This document shows positions 43,142 to 54,325 of a DNA stretch of 64,000 bases, in pieces. Below the pieces are notes generated by a model. It worked only from the letters and a program-made list of their open reading frames with translations. It had not been told where the DNA came from and ran no database searches. Source of the stretch: an uncultured Clostridia bacterium (GTDB lineage Bacteria > Bacillota > Clostridia > TANB77 > CAG-508). The translations under genes were made by a program, and so were the position numbers. The DNA is taken from the NCBI GenBank assembly GCA_947594065.1, contig CANQDX010000002.1, positions 1,318-65,317 on the forward strand. Direction: 5' to 3'. How positions within the stretch are numbered: the stretch's first letter is position 1; each line of letters starts with the position of its first letter.

Positions 43142-44164
43142 TTATAAAACATATATATAACATTCAATATTTCTTCTACCAAATTTAATACATTCATTAT
43201 AGGTATTCATATATATATCTAATTTGTTATTTGTTATTGCTCCGCCTCTATCTTGTACAACAAACCAACCACCATTTGGCTTATTTTTCATTGATGGTAT
43301 ATATATAATTGTACCCATTGGGTATGCTTTTCCTGCTGCTACAGTGTACCAAGCAGTTGCTTTTTTTCCAGAGGCTGTAATTCCATACCCTTTGCTTGAA
43401 GGAGATTTTCCACAAGTAGATGCTGTATAAGCAGATGCATTTAATTTTTTAACAATTGGATTTATTCCTGCTACTTTTTTAGCTAGTGAAGAACTACTAT
43501 TAATTGGTGCAAGTGCTGCATTTTTTTCTACTCTTTCTGTATTTTCTCCTGATCTGGATGTTGTTTTTGTTACTTGAACAATTTTATTAACTGGTTTTTT
43601 GATAATTTCTTCCTTTATTACTGTTCTTGCTATTTCTATATCATTTTGGTATTTAATTTTATATGTTACTTTTTTTAAGCCATCTTGTCCTTGCTTAATT
43701 ACTTTATTAACTCTTTCTTCGCTACTAACATTAGATGCATTTTTTGTAATTGTTTCATACGCTATTTTTTCTTCTACTGTTTCTATTTTTTCTACTATAT
43801 TAGCGTAATTTCCTAATACTTGTTCTAATGATACTGTTTCTTCTGCATCGGCAAGTTTTAAAACTTTGCTATCTTCCATTCCAGTTTTCGTAATTTTTAT
43901 TGTTTTATTTTCGCCTATCTCTGCATTGATATCTGGAAATACTGTTTCATCTGGAAGTAAAACGATATGATTTTCTTCTAATATATCTGCAATTTTGGTT
44001 TTGGTTGTAATTGTATTTAAGTCATAATGATTAGCTAAAACAATCTTTACTGTATTTACTTTTGTGTTAAAGGCTCGTACTACAATACCACAAGTAAAGA
44101 TTAGTATTAAGGTAATAATGGATATTTTTAATACTTGAAATGAAGCCTTTTCATTAGTTTTCAT
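43142..44164 (-). CDS. DUF348 / G5 / 3D-domain cell-wall protein (YabE-like)
   Basis: N-terminal TM. G5-like segment (KVIKQGQDGLKKVTYKIKYQND). C-terminal 3D domain (ASAYTAS..GITASG ... VVQDRGGAI..NKLDIYM). Confidence 0.7.
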   Translation of the reverse strand: MKTNEKASFQVLKISIITLILIFTCGIVVRAFNTKVNTVKIVLANHYDLNTITTKTKIADILEENHIVLLPDETVFPDINAEIGENKTIKITKTGMEDSKVLKLADAEETVSLEQVLGNYANIVEKIETVEEKIAYETITKNASNVSSEERVNKVIKQGQDGLKKVTYKIKYQNDIEIARTVIKEEIIKKPVNKIVQVTKTTSRSGENTERVEKNAALAPINSSSSLAKKVAGINPIVKKLNASAYTASTCGKSPSSKGYGITASGKKATAWYTVAAGKAYPMGTIIYIPSMKNKPNGGWFVVQDRGGAITNNKLDIYMNTYNECIKFGRRNIECYIYVL

Positions 44165-44363
44165 AAGCTTAAAACCTCCCCCTTAAATTACATTTTTGAT
44201 TATATCATTGTTCTATTAAACTGTCAATTTTTTCTTGATAATATATTATATTATTTTTGTACAAGTTTTATGAATAAATTATAATTTATTTTTTTATTGA
44301 AATTGTGCATAATATGTGATAATATATATAATATAAATTGAATATTTTTAAGGAGGATTTAAT

Positions 44364-44915
44364 ATGTGGGTTGCATTAATTATTCTTGTTGTAATTGTTG
44401 TTTATTTAATTGCAATTTATAATGGCTTAGTTGCCTCAAGACAAAAGGTAAAAAATGCTTGGAGTCAAATTGATGTTCAATTACAAAGAAGATTTGATTT
44501 AATACCAAATTTTATTGAAACAGTTAAAGGCTATATGTCACACGAAAAAGATACTTTAGTAAAGGTTACAGAACTTAGAACATCTTGGGCAAGTGCTAAT
44601 ACTGTAGATGAAAAAGCTCATTTAAATAATGAGTTATCTAGCACATTAAAAACAATTATGGCTGTTTCTGAAAATTATCCAGATTTAAAGGCAAATCAAA
44701 ATTTTTTAGATTTACAAGAGGAACTACGTAATACTGAAAATAAAATATCTTTTTCAAGACAATTTTATAATGATAGTGTTACAAGCTATAATACTAAATT
44801 GGAAGTATTCCCAAGCAATATAGTTGCTAATTTATTTAAGTTTACTTCTGAAAGTTTATTTGCTGCTGAAAGTGATGAAGCAAGAAAAAATGTTAAAGTA
44901 GATTTTAATAATTAA
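44364..44915 (+). CDS. lemA: LemA family protein
   Basis: N-terminal TM plus YNGLVASRQKVKNAWSQIDVQLQRRFDLIPNFIETVKGY. Confidence 0.85.
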   Translation: MWVALIILVVIVVYLIAIYNGLVASRQKVKNAWSQIDVQLQRRFDLIPNFIETVKGYMSHEKDTLVKVTELRTSWASANTVDEKAHLNNELSSTLKTIMAVSENYPDLKANQNFLDLQEELRNTENKISFSRQFYNDSVTSYNTKLEVFPSNIVANLFKFTSESLFAAESDEARKNVKVDFNN

Positions 44916-44978
44916 AAATTATAGGAAGTTAGAGATTAGAATGCTTCTATCTCTAACTTTTCTTTTAAGGAGATTATT

Positions 44979-45857
44979 ATGTTTGAAGATATTAAACGAA
45001 ATAAAATAAAAACCGGTGTTGTTATTTCTATTTTTATTGTAATTATTACACTAATTATTTATTATATTTGTATGGCATTCGATTTAGGCTATGTATCTAT
45101 TGTTATAGCTTTTATTTTTTCAGCAGGATCTGCTTATTTAACTTATCATAACTGTGATAAAATTGTTTTATCTATGAATAAAGCAAGGCCAGCTACACCT
45201 GAGGAATTTAAAAAATTAAATAATATTTTAGATGCTTTAATGGTTAGCTCTGGATTATCTTATAGGCCAAGGTTATATGTTGTAGAAGATGAGCAGCCAA
45301 ATGCATTTGCAACTGGAAGAGATCCTGAACATTCAGTAATATGTGTTACTTCTGCACTTTTAGATAAGTTAGATTATTATGAATTAGAAGGTGTACTTGC
45401 ACACGAGCTTAGTCATATAGCAAATTATGATATTAGACTTTCTGCAATTGTTACTGTTATGGTCGGAACAATTTTAATGCTTTCAGATATGTTCACAAGA
45501 ACTTTTATTTATAGAAATAATGATAGAGATAGTGATAATAAAGGAAATGCAATTTTAATGCTTATTGGATTAGTTTTTTTAATTATTTCACCTATATTTG
45601 CTAAACTATTACAACTTGCAGTTTCTAGAAGAAGAGAATATTTAGCAGATGCTACGGCAGTACAGTTTACAAGAAATCCAGATGGACTTATTTCAGCATT
45701 AATAAAAATTTCAAGCGATCCAAATGAATTAAAAACAGCAAGCAATTCTACTGCACATATGTATATTTCTAATCCGTTTAGAAATAAAAAAACAAATTTA
45801 TTTTCAACTCATCCTGCAACAGAAGATAGAATTGCAGCATTAAGAAATTTAAAATAA
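44979..45857 (+). CDS. M48-family (HtpX-like) zinc metalloprotease
   Basis: HELSH zinc motif, 4 TM segments, and the common pairing with lemA. Confidence 0.8.
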   Translation: MFEDIKRNKIKTGVVISIFIVIITLIIYYICMAFDLGYVSIVIAFIFSAGSAYLTYHNCDKIVLSMNKARPATPEEFKKLNNILDALMVSSGLSYRPRLYVVEDEQPNAFATGRDPEHSVICVTSALLDKLDYYELEGVLAHELSHIANYDIRLSAIVTVMVGTILMLSDMFTRTFIYRNNDRDSDNKGNAILMLIGLVFLIISPIFAKLLQLAVSRRREYLADATAVQFTRNPDGLISALIKISSDPNELKTASNSTAHMYISNPFRNKKTNLFSTHPATEDRIAALRNLK

Positions 45858-45860
45858 GGA

Positions 45861-45894
45861 AAAATCAGATTCTAATAAGAATCTGATTTTTTTT
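45861..45894. terminator. bidirectional terminator between convergent genes
   Basis: atcagattct / agaatctgat 10-bp stem with a 4-nt loop, flanked by an A-run and a T-run. Confidence 0.8.
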
Positions 45895-46669
45895 ATATAT
45901 TAAAAATTTTCTTTGCGTTTTCATTTGTTATTTTTGCTATTTCTTCAATTGTTTTGTTTTTTACTTTTGCAATTTTTTCAGCTACATACTTAACATTTAT
46001 AGAATTGTTACGTGTTCCTCTTACTGGCTCTGGTGCTAAATATGGACTATCTGTTTCTATTAAAAGTCTATCTTCTGGTATCATTTGAATAATTTCTTCA
46101 GCATTTTTTGCATTTTTGAATGTAATTACTCCAGATAACGAAATATAAAAACCTAGTTTTAACCCTTCTTTAACTAACTCTCTATTTAATGGACAACAAT
46201 GAAAAATTCCTTTTCTTTCTACATTGTGTGTTTTTAACATTTCTAATGTATCTAAAACAGCTTCTCTTGTATGAATTACAATAGGCAACTTTAACTTATT
46301 TGCAAGTTCTATTTGTTTTGCAAACATTTCTTTTTGAATTTCTTTGTTTTCTTTATTCCAATAATAATCTAGACCGATTTCTCCAATGGCTACTATTTTT
46401 TTGCTAGGAATCTGGGCTATTTTTTCAACATTTTCTTTTATTTCTTCTTGACTTTTTATATTATCTAAATCGTTAGGAGAAATTCCAACAGTTGCATATA
46501 ATTCATTATAGTTTTGAGCTATTTCTACTGCCTTTTTAGAGCTTTCTACATTATATCCTGCCACAATAAAATTAGAAACACCGCTTCTTAGTGTTTCTCT
46601 AATCATTTCTTCTCTATCTAAATCAAATTTTTCATCATTATAATGTGAATGAGTATCAAATAAATTCAT
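45893..46669 (-). CDS. TatD-family metal-dependent hydrolase/DNase
   Basis: MNLFDTHSHYND ... GEIGLDY ... IHTREA ... ETDSPYL. Confidence 0.85.
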   Translation of the reverse strand: MNLFDTHSHYNDEKFDLDREEMIRETLRSGVSNFIVAGYNVESSKKAVEIAQNYNELYATVGISPNDLDNIKSQEEIKENVEKIAQIPSKKIVAIGEIGLDYYWNKENKEIQKEMFAKQIELANKLKLPIVIHTREAVLDTLEMLKTHNVERKGIFHCCPLNRELVKEGLKLGFYISLSGVITFKNAKNAEEIIQMIPEDRLLIETDSPYLAPEPVRGTRNNSINVKYVAEKIAKVKNKTIEEIAKITNENAKKIFNI

Positions 46670-46721
46670 TTTGTTTTCTCGCATAATTTAAATAATTATA
46701 CGAACTCCCTTCCATAAATGT

Positions 46722-47099
46722 TTATTTTGTAAGAATAACTACATTTGCAATAGCGTAATCTCTGCAATGTGAAATACTAATATCTATACTATTAATTTGA
46801 CTATTTATTTTTTCGTTTTTAAATGTTATTTGTGGTTTTCCGTTTTCATCGTTTAGAATTTCAGCATCTTTCCAACCTATATCAAATTTATTTTCTAATA
46901 AAGATGAAACTGCTTTAAAAATTGCTTCTTTAGATGCAAATCTTCCAGCATAATGTTGGTATTTTGCATTTTTCTTGCTTTCACAGTAAGCTATTTCTTT
47001 TTCTGTAAAAATTTTATTTTTAAAATCTTCACCTATATTTTCTATGCTTTCCTTTATTCTATTAATTTCTATAATATCTATTCCAGTTAATATTTTCAT
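46722..47099 (-). CDS. acpS: holo-[acyl-carrier-protein] synthase
   Basis: GIDIIEINRI ... FTEKEIAYC ... RFASKEAIFKA ... ISISHCRDYAIA. 125 aa. Confidence 0.85.
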   Translation of the reverse strand: MKILTGIDIIEINRIKESIENIGEDFKNKIFTEKEIAYCESKKNAKYQHYAGRFASKEAIFKAVSSLLENKFDIGWKDAEILNDENGKPQITFKNEKINSQINSIDISISHCRDYAIANVVILTK

Positions 47100-47131
47100 T
47101 TTTCACCTTTATAAAATAAGATTGTTTTTAA

Positions 47132-48367
47132 TTATCTTAAATAAAAAAGCCAAGTAAAGTAATTTGCTATTCCAATTACAAGAGAACAAGTTAACAATAT
47201 TAATATTATGTAATTTGCTTTTCTATTTTTTTCGATATTTAATTTTTTATAAAATATATCATATTTATTTTTTACTTCATAATATAAGTCTTCTAAATTT
47301 AATTTCTCTTTACATCTTTTATAAAATTTTTGCCCAAATGAATTTGCTGTTATTTCACTAATCCAAATTGCGTTTGTAAATTCTATTAAATCTTTATTTG
47401 CCTTCTTAGGCTTATTTTTATATTTATTGCTTAATCTTTTTAAATAATATTTTTGATGTAATGCGATTATATAAGTATATAAATACTCATTTTCATAAGT
47501 TTGTGCAAGTGATGTATAATTTTTTGAATCTGCTGATGAACAAATTAGGGCAACACATTTATAATTCATTCTTAACTTCATAAAACTTGAATTTGCCATA
47601 GTTGATAATTTGTCGTAATCTACGTTAACACTTGTATTACTTGACTTTCCCTCTGCAAGTTTTATAAATTCATTTTCTATATTTTCGAAATCATTTTCGT
47701 TGCTCCAATAGGTTGAATCTAGGCACGCGTAAGTATAAATTAAAAATAAATTTTCATCTATATTCAATTTTCTACTTTCTATTTTGCTTCCTGTTATTTC
47801 TTCTATCATTTCTGATATTTCATTCATACTGTTAAATTTATTTGTTTGTATTTTTATATGGTCTATCTTTTTTATATTTTTATTTTCAAAATTAATATTT
47901 TGAAATTTATAATTGAAATTTAAAATATCTGAAAATTTTTCTGTTTCATCTAAATGTGTTTTCAACAATAAAAAACATATTCCTGTTTTAAAGCATATTA
48001 ATTCTATCTTAGATATAGTAAAAAATATTCCATCATCTTCTTGTACAATTTTTCCCTGTATTTGATTATCTAAAATTACTTCAAACATTAAGCAGTTTTG
48101 TTCTTGTAAAATTTTTTGTTGATATCCTTTACTTAATTTTTTAAATTGACTTATTTTTTCGCTGTTAAAGGAAAAATCTTGGAACATCATTTCTTTTACA
48201 TTTGGCACAAAATATTTATATAATTCAATATCTTTAAAACTATCAAAAAATTTTATTTTGTATTTTTTATTTTTAATTAATCCAGCAATATATTGTGAAT
48301 AATTTTCTTCTTTAATTGCATATGGATAAATAAAATAAGTATATTGATAATTCGTCTTTAGTTCCAT
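47132..48367 (-). CDS. hypothetical protein with C-terminal TM anchor
   Basis: 411-aa ORF, N/K/Y-rich, with a single C-terminal TM (YIILILLTCSLVIGIANYFTWLFYL). No family recognised. Confidence 0.5.
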   Translation of the reverse strand: MELKTNYQYTYFIYPYAIKEENYSQYIAGLIKNKKYKIKFFDSFKDIELYKYFVPNVKEMMFQDFSFNSEKISQFKKLSKGYQQKILQEQNCLMFEVILDNQIQGKIVQEDDGIFFTISKIELICFKTGICFLLLKTHLDETEKFSDILNFNYKFQNINFENKNIKKIDHIKIQTNKFNSMNEISEMIEEITGSKIESRKLNIDENLFLIYTYACLDSTYWSNENDFENIENEFIKLAEGKSSNTSVNVDYDKLSTMANSSFMKLRMNYKCVALICSSADSKNYTSLAQTYENEYLYTYIIALHQKYYLKRLSNKYKNKPKKANKDLIEFTNAIWISEITANSFGQKFYKRCKEKLNLEDLYYEVKNKYDIFYKKLNIEKNRKANYIILILLTCSLVIGIANYFTWLFYLR

Positions 48368-48389
48368 TTTTTTCTCTTTCTCGTTTTAC

Positions 48390-49889
48390 TTATATTTTAT
48401 CAGTATAATACATTAAATTTATGTCTGCCCCTAAGTGATATTCACCAATAAAATCTACTAATAAATTATTTTCTAGATTATATTTTGTTTCACAAATGAT
48501 ATTTCCGTTTTTATCAATTGAGCCCCACAATCCGTCCTTTTTTATTGCAGAATAGCCAAACTCGTTTTGTTCGGTTGCATCATCATAAATACAGTCTACA
48601 ACTATTTCTCCATTTTTATTTGCATAACCATATTTTCCATTTTGTTTTATTAAAAATAAATTATTTTGTAACAACACATCTTTAGATTCTTTTTTCTCTC
48701 CATTCAAATTGTAGTATTCATAACCATTTTCAGTCCAAACTTTTATATAAGATTTTTCAGCATTTACTTCGTTTACCATTCCTTGTGCTATTTCTTCTAA
48801 TTGATTATTTAATATTTTATTACTATCTGAATCTTTTTCTTCTAGTTCATATAACCCAGCATCTTTATAATAATTAATTTTTGAATATTTTGAATCTACT
48901 TTTGTTGTATTTTCAATATCGATTATTCCATAATTATTTCCTGATTTAGCAATAAATAAATCATTATTAGTGTAGCTTAGTTCATCATAAGAACTTTCTA
49001 ATTTTTTCTTATCTTTAATGTTATATGCATAATATTTTTTCTTATATGTGTAAATAATGATATTGTTTTCAATTGATTCAATACTATCAAATTTTTCGCT
49101 GAAAACCTTCTCGCCGTCTTTGTTTATTACCTTATTTTCTTTACTTTCCTTTACTAAAAAATACTCTTTATTATTTAATGGTTCTATTTCTTCATATTTA
49201 CATTCTAAAATATCGTTTACGCCATATTTGTCATCTTTTTTTATAATATAATTTTTTACATCTTCACCTAAAGATTTTATTTCTTCATACTGATTCTCTA
49301 TAATAACTTTTCCTTGATTATTTACAAGTCCATAAGCTCCTTTTTGAAGTGTTACTAGGCTATTTTTTATTCCTTTTAGAGTTGTTATTTCCTCATAGTT
49401 TATATCTAATATTACATCTCCATTATAATTTATTAGTCCATATTTTCCGTCTTTTTGTACTAATAATACGTTATCTTCATACCATAAGTTTTTATTTTCA
49501 TCATAATTTTCTAGGGCATTTACTGTATCATATTCTTGAAAAATTTCTTTTCCCTTAGCGTTTAATACCTTCACTTGATAGGTATTATTTTCATAGTTCA
49601 CATCGTAATTACATATAAAAATGTCTTTTTTATTATTAGGAATAATAATTGCTTCTTCATAAGTTGGTTCTATAATTATTTTAGAGTTGTTGTCGATTAC
49701 TCCCCATTTGTTATTTTTATTGATTAAGAAATATGTTGTGCTGATTAATCTACTAGATGAAGAATCAGATTTTATTAAGCTTCTGATTGCTATTACAAAC
49801 ATTACAATTACAGCTATTGCAACAATTACTGCTATTACTTTTTTTATATTTAATTTTGGTTCATTATCATATCTTTTTCCTCTACTCAT
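48390..49889 (-). CDS. membrane-anchored WG-repeat (KWG-type) protein
   Basis: N-terminal TM followed by repeated units of the type (K)(W/Y)G(V/L)I(D/N)..G..I(I/L)(E/D)..Y(E/D)(E/D)I. Confidence 0.65.
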   Translation of the reverse strand: MSRGKRYDNEPKLNIKKVIAVIVAIAVIVMFVIAIRSLIKSDSSSSRLISTTYFLINKNNKWGVIDNNSKIIIEPTYEEAIIIPNNKKDIFICNYDVNYENNTYQVKVLNAKGKEIFQEYDTVNALENYDENKNLWYEDNVLLVQKDGKYGLINYNGDVILDINYEEITTLKGIKNSLVTLQKGAYGLVNNQGKVIIENQYEEIKSLGEDVKNYIIKKDDKYGVNDILECKYEEIEPLNNKEYFLVKESKENKVINKDGEKVFSEKFDSIESIENNIIIYTYKKKYYAYNIKDKKKLESSYDELSYTNNDLFIAKSGNNYGIIDIENTTKVDSKYSKINYYKDAGLYELEEKDSDSNKILNNQLEEIAQGMVNEVNAEKSYIKVWTENGYEYYNLNGEKKESKDVLLQNNLFLIKQNGKYGYANKNGEIVVDCIYDDATEQNEFGYSAIKKDGLWGSIDKNGNIICETKYNLENNLLVDFIGEYHLGADINLMYYTDKI

Positions 49890-50076
49890 AGGAACCTCCT
49901 ATTTGATATTTTTCTGTTTATACTATATCACACTTTTCATAAAATGTCGATATGGTTAACTAATTATTATTGAAAATTATCTAGTTTATTGAAGTATTGT
50001 TAAATTTCTTATTAGTTGAAAAATTTCTAAAAATGTTATATAATGCTATAATAAATTGAGTAATGGAGCTTTTATT

Positions 50077-50805
50077 ATGAGTATTTTTAATTATGATTAT
50101 GTTGTAAAATATTTTGATATTGGAAAAAACAATAAACTTTCCTTGAAATCTTTGGTTGCAATCTTACAAGAAGCAGCTGGCTGCCATTCCGATATGGCAG
50201 GTTATGGGTTAAATGATATTCCTAATACTCATTTTTCTTGGCTTTTATTAAATTGGAAAGTAAAAATGTTTTCTCATCCTGCTGTTAATGAGGAATTACA
50301 CATAAAAACTTGGCCAAGAAGTTTGGAAAAATTTTATTGTTATAGAGATTTTGAAGTTTATGATGGTAACAATAATCTTATTGCAATTGCATCTTCTAAG
50401 TGGATTGCAATAAATGTAGATACAAAAAAGATTATAAAAGTTGCACCATCTATTATTGATGCTTATGGTGGAAATGTGGATAAAAATGTATTTGAAGATC
50501 CATTTGAAGAAAAAATTGCTGCTCCAGAAAATGCAAAATTAAATTTTGAATATACAATTCAAAGAAGAGACATTGATACAAATGGTCACGTTAATAATTC
50601 TTATTACATTGACTTTGCTTTAGAAACATTAGACGAAAAAATTTACGCTCAGAATGAATTTAACAATTTAGAAGTTGTATATAAAAAAGAAATAAAATAT
50701 CCAGATAAAATTCGTTGCTATTATTCTTTTGAAAATAATCAGCATATTATTACTATTAAAAATGAAGATGATAGTGTTATTCATTCTGTAATTAAATTAT
50801 ATTAA
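50077..50805 (+). CDS. acyl-[acyl-carrier-protein] thioesterase
   Basis: Tandem hot-dog layout. RRDIDTNGHVNNSYYIDFALE is typical of FatA/B-like bacterial thioesterases. The ATG at 50077 is preferred over the TTG at 50056. Confidence 0.7.
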   Translation: MSIFNYDYVVKYFDIGKNNKLSLKSLVAILQEAAGCHSDMAGYGLNDIPNTHFSWLLLNWKVKMFSHPAVNEELHIKTWPRSLEKFYCYRDFEVYDGNNNLIAIASSKWIAINVDTKKIIKVAPSIIDAYGGNVDKNVFEDPFEEKIAAPENAKLNFEYTIQRRDIDTNGHVNNSYYIDFALETLDEKIYAQNEFNNLEVVYKKEIKYPDKIRCYYSFENNQHIITIKNEDDSVIHSVIKLY

Positions 50806-50832
50806 ACTGATTTGCTATAACGCACAAATCCA

Positions 50833-50866
50833 AAAAGAGAATACTAAATATAAAGTATTCTCTTTT
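50833..50866. terminator. bidirectional terminator between the thioesterase gene and spoIIE
   Basis: aaaagagaatact / agtattctctttt 13-bp stem with an 8-nt loop. Confidence 0.8.
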
Positions 50867-50874
50867 AATAATAT

Positions 50875-53349
50875 TTATTTTTTCTTTACAGTTTTAACAA
50901 CTATAACGGTCATATCATCTTTTGCTTTTCCATAGTTGTTATCGATAGATTCTTTTAATAAAATATCTGCTATTTTTTGTGGATTTTCTGTTTCTATTTG
51001 TTCTAACAGATTTTTTATCCAAATTTCTTTATTTTTGTACTCACCATTAGATTCTAAAATACCATCACTGCACATTACAATTATATCGTTATCTTCTACA
51101 TCTCTATCATAAACCACTAAATCGATACTATTTAATATACCTGCTGGTAATGTTATATTTTTTATTATATCTACATTTTTATTGTTTTTTATAAATGTTG
51201 GACACGCACCATTTTTAATGTATTCTATATTGCCAGAATATAAATCTAACACCATAATATCAAGTGTTGCATAAGTTTCTTCCTTTATATTAGCGGAAAT
51301 TGTGTTATTGATTAACTCTATGGATGTTTCCTTGTCAAACCCATTTGATAACAATCTTCCTAACATTTTAATTGCAATTTGGCTAGATTTTCTAGCTTCT
51401 GGCCCTGAACCCATTCCATCACTTATTGCTAATAAATATTTGCCATCTTCTAAAGCAATTTTTAAATTACTATCTCCAGAAACGTTTTCTCCTTCTTTAT
51501 TTGCTTTTGCAATACCAATTTGCATTTGGTATAAATCTTTTGATAAATAAGTTTGATAACATATTTTTTGTTTTTGGCTTATACCGCAACGCTCTTTTTT
51601 CATCCCAATATTATTATGTAGAGTTTCAGATAAAATTTCTTCTATTTTCTTGATTGGACAATCTATTACTTTATTTTCATCACAGGTATTAACAAAAACT
51701 TTAATAATATATCTTCCGGTCTTTTCTTTTTTTATGTTTAAATCTAGAATATCGATTTGTCTTTGTTTACATTTAAAAAGAATTTCCTTTTTTTCTGATT
51801 CAAATTCGTCTTGTTCGTCTTGCTCTATGCTAGTTGCGATATTGTGAATTGCCTTTGATACTCCATCTAATTGAATAGACATATTTTTATTATTCTCGTT
51901 CATTTTAGCTGTTACTACAAAATTCAATTTGCTTGTTTTATATGCATTATTTATAATGCTAATTATTTGAGCAATATCTTTTTCTATTTTTAACGTTGTT
52001 TCATAATTGTCGAATCCAACAATATAACTATTATGATTTTTAAAAATTTCTAATAATTCTTCTCTATTTATTTTTTCTTTGTCTATTAGATGTTCAAAAA
52101 TATCATCTAATATTATTTCATCTTCATCTAATAATTCTTCATACAACATATTTTCTGGAATTTGTCTTACATTTTCTTGTAATTCTTCTATAAATAACTC
52201 TTTGTTATTTTGAAGCGTTTCCTCTTCAACATTTGTTACATAGGCTACTTCTTTATATGTATTAGACATTTCCTTAATTACATCTGATACATTATTTAAT
52301 TTATTAGCCGCTTCTTTGCTAGCTTGAAGCCTATATAATGGACCATCTGGCAATAGTTCATTTCTTCCGAAAAGATCTGATATATGTATTTCTATTTTAT
52401 TAGGTACTAAAATTAATGCTAAAGACGCAACTAGTATTTCTTTAAAACAAATTAGCTCTATTAGCTCTCCATTATATACATAGGTTAATAATAGATTACC
52501 TGCAATAAATCCTATAATAACACCTAATTTTCCGAACTTGCTAAGAATTCCTGCTAACATTCCTGAAAGTGCATAAACAGCTATTAGAATTGGATTAGAA
52601 TTTGTAATAATTCCTAGTACAACTCCAACTGTTACTCCTGATGTTGTTCCTACTAAAATTCCATTTTTCCAACCTAATATTAAAATTAATAAAATACTTA
52701 TAATATTACTTAATTGCAAACCTAGTATTTTACTATCTCCTAAGCAAGTAGATGCAATTGAAATAAGCAATGTTGCTCCTATTACTTCCTCTATAGAGAA
52801 TACTTTTTTATTTGTTATTTCATTAATAACTATTAAGCATTTACTGAAGATTTTATAAAAAATATAGGCTGTCATAGCTGATGTAATTGCTACTAATAAA
52901 TCATAAACTAAGAATGACTTAAATAATAGATTTATTGCTTGTCCAATAAATGTAGCAAAAAAAACATATCTTCCTAATTTTATTTTTTCATTTTCGTATT
53001 CTAATAAAAGTTTTCTTGGCTTAAAAATTAGAATAAATACAATTAAGATTGCACTTGTAAATAAATAAGAAAGCAATCCTGCAGTTCCAAATTTTATTAA
53101 TGTTCCTACTAATGTTAGTATGAATAAAATACCAACTGGAATTTCATTACTAATTGCTGCTGCAACAATTGCTAGTGCAAAAATTGAATAGTTTAAACCT
53201 ATGCCATCTACGAAAGATAACATAAATGAAATAATATATAACAAAAGGCTTTGTTTACTTACCATTGCCTTTATTCTATTTTTTATACTCCTATTATCAC
53301 TTTCCTTTATTTCCTCTTCTGTAGTATCTCGCATAATATTTTGAAACAT
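50875..53349 (-). CDS. spoIIE: stage II sporulation protein E (PP2C phosphatase)
   Basis: About 10 N-terminal TM helices, a central regulatory region, and a C-terminal PP2C domain (AISDGMGSGPEARKSS ... MCSDGI). 824 aa. Confidence 0.85.
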   Translation of the reverse strand: MFQNIMRDTTEEEIKESDNRSIKNRIKAMVSKQSLLLYIISFMLSFVDGIGLNYSIFALAIVAAAISNEIPVGILFILTLVGTLIKFGTAGLLSYLFTSAILIVFILIFKPRKLLLEYENEKIKLGRYVFFATFIGQAINLLFKSFLVYDLLVAITSAMTAYIFYKIFSKCLIVINEITNKKVFSIEEVIGATLLISIASTCLGDSKILGLQLSNIISILLILILGWKNGILVGTTSGVTVGVVLGIITNSNPILIAVYALSGMLAGILSKFGKLGVIIGFIAGNLLLTYVYNGELIELICFKEILVASLALILVPNKIEIHISDLFGRNELLPDGPLYRLQASKEAANKLNNVSDVIKEMSNTYKEVAYVTNVEEETLQNNKELFIEELQENVRQIPENMLYEELLDEDEIILDDIFEHLIDKEKINREELLEIFKNHNSYIVGFDNYETTLKIEKDIAQIISIINNAYKTSKLNFVVTAKMNENNKNMSIQLDGVSKAIHNIATSIEQDEQDEFESEKKEILFKCKQRQIDILDLNIKKEKTGRYIIKVFVNTCDENKVIDCPIKKIEEILSETLHNNIGMKKERCGISQKQKICYQTYLSKDLYQMQIGIAKANKEGENVSGDSNLKIALEDGKYLLAISDGMGSGPEARKSSQIAIKMLGRLLSNGFDKETSIELINNTISANIKEETYATLDIMVLDLYSGNIEYIKNGACPTFIKNNKNVDIIKNITLPAGILNSIDLVVYDRDVEDNDIIVMCSDGILESNGEYKNKEIWIKNLLEQIETENPQKIADILLKESIDNNYGKAKDDMTVIVVKTVKKK

Positions 53350-53572
53350 TCCTTACCACCTCATCACTTTTTAAATTCATTTGATAATTATAGCTTCTTC
53401 TGCTTGCATTGTTTGTCGTTTTTTTACACAGAATTTAAAAAGTTTTTTGCTTTTTGTGATACATAGTTTAATTTATATTTCATTTTCTATAAAATAATAC
53501 AAATTATGTATATTATTTTACTATATTTTGTCGTAATTTTCAATATAAATTGGTAAGAAAATATAGATAAAA

Positions 53573-54298
53573 TTATTCATAGAAGTAATCCATAATTCCA
53601 TTATAAATTCCCCAAGCCAATCTATTTTGATATTCATCTTGTTGTAATAGTTTTTCTTCTTCTGGATTAGATAAAAATCCACATTCTATAATTGATATTG
53701 GTATTTCTACGTGCTCTATTATATATTTTCCAGTAATTTTTAAGGCCTCTCTCTTATTTTCTCTTTGCATACTAGCATTTAATTCTTCTTGTAAACTTTT
53801 TGCTAATGCTTCACTTTTATCATTGTTTGGTTTAAAAAAGGCTTGCCAACCATAATATTGAGACTGTGGTATTTTGTTTAAATGAATTGATACGAAAGCA
53901 TCTGCGCTAGATTGGTTTCCTATCTTTACTCTATTTTTTATATCTGATACTTTTTTCTGTCTTAGAGTTGTAGCTTCTGCATCGTAAATTCCATTTTCAT
54001 CTGACCTTGTTAGAATTACATTACATCCGCTTTGTTCTAGCAAGCTTTGCACTTTTTTAGTAATTACTAAATTTATTTTTTGCTCTGTTATTCCATTTGA
54101 GCTTTCAGCCCCCTCATCTGGGTATCCGTGGCCTGCATCTAATATAATAGTTTTTCCACTAACTGGCAAACTAACTGTTTCCATTGTTTTTATTTTATTT
54201 TTCTCTGATGCATAATAGCTAGTAACTGATAAAATAATAGCAACCAATATCATACAAATTCTTTTTTTATGAATAATAAACACAAAAAAACACCTCAC
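53573..54298 (-). CDS. cwlD: N-acetylmuramoyl-L-alanine amidase, CwlD-like (germination-specific)
   Basis: Amidase_3 motifs (ILDAGHGYPDEGA ... VSIHLN ... ECGFLSNPEE). About 235 aa with an N-terminal anchor. The exact start is uncertain (GTG/ATG options 54253-54298). Confidence 0.7.
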   Translation of the reverse strand: MRCFFVFIIHKKRICMILVAIILSVTSYYASEKNKIKTMETVSLPVSGKTIILDAGHGYPDEGAESSNGITEQKINLVITKKVQSLLEQSGCNVILTRSDENGIYDAEATTLRQKKVSDIKNRVKIGNQSSADAFVSIHLNKIPQSQYYGWQAFFKPNNDKSEALAKSLQEELNASMQRENKREALKITGKYIIEHVEIPISIIECGFLSNPEEEKLLQQDEYQNRLAWGIYNGIMDYFYE

Positions 54299-54325
54299 TA
54301 TTTATTATATGTGAGATGTTTTTAG

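Noticed and set aside
53390-53560. TTGTCGT motifs upstream of spoIIE as Spo0A boxes.
   Set aside because: They match only 5-6 of 7 positions of the TGNCGAA consensus, which is expected by chance in T-rich intergenic DNA. They are not supportable without a position-weight scan.
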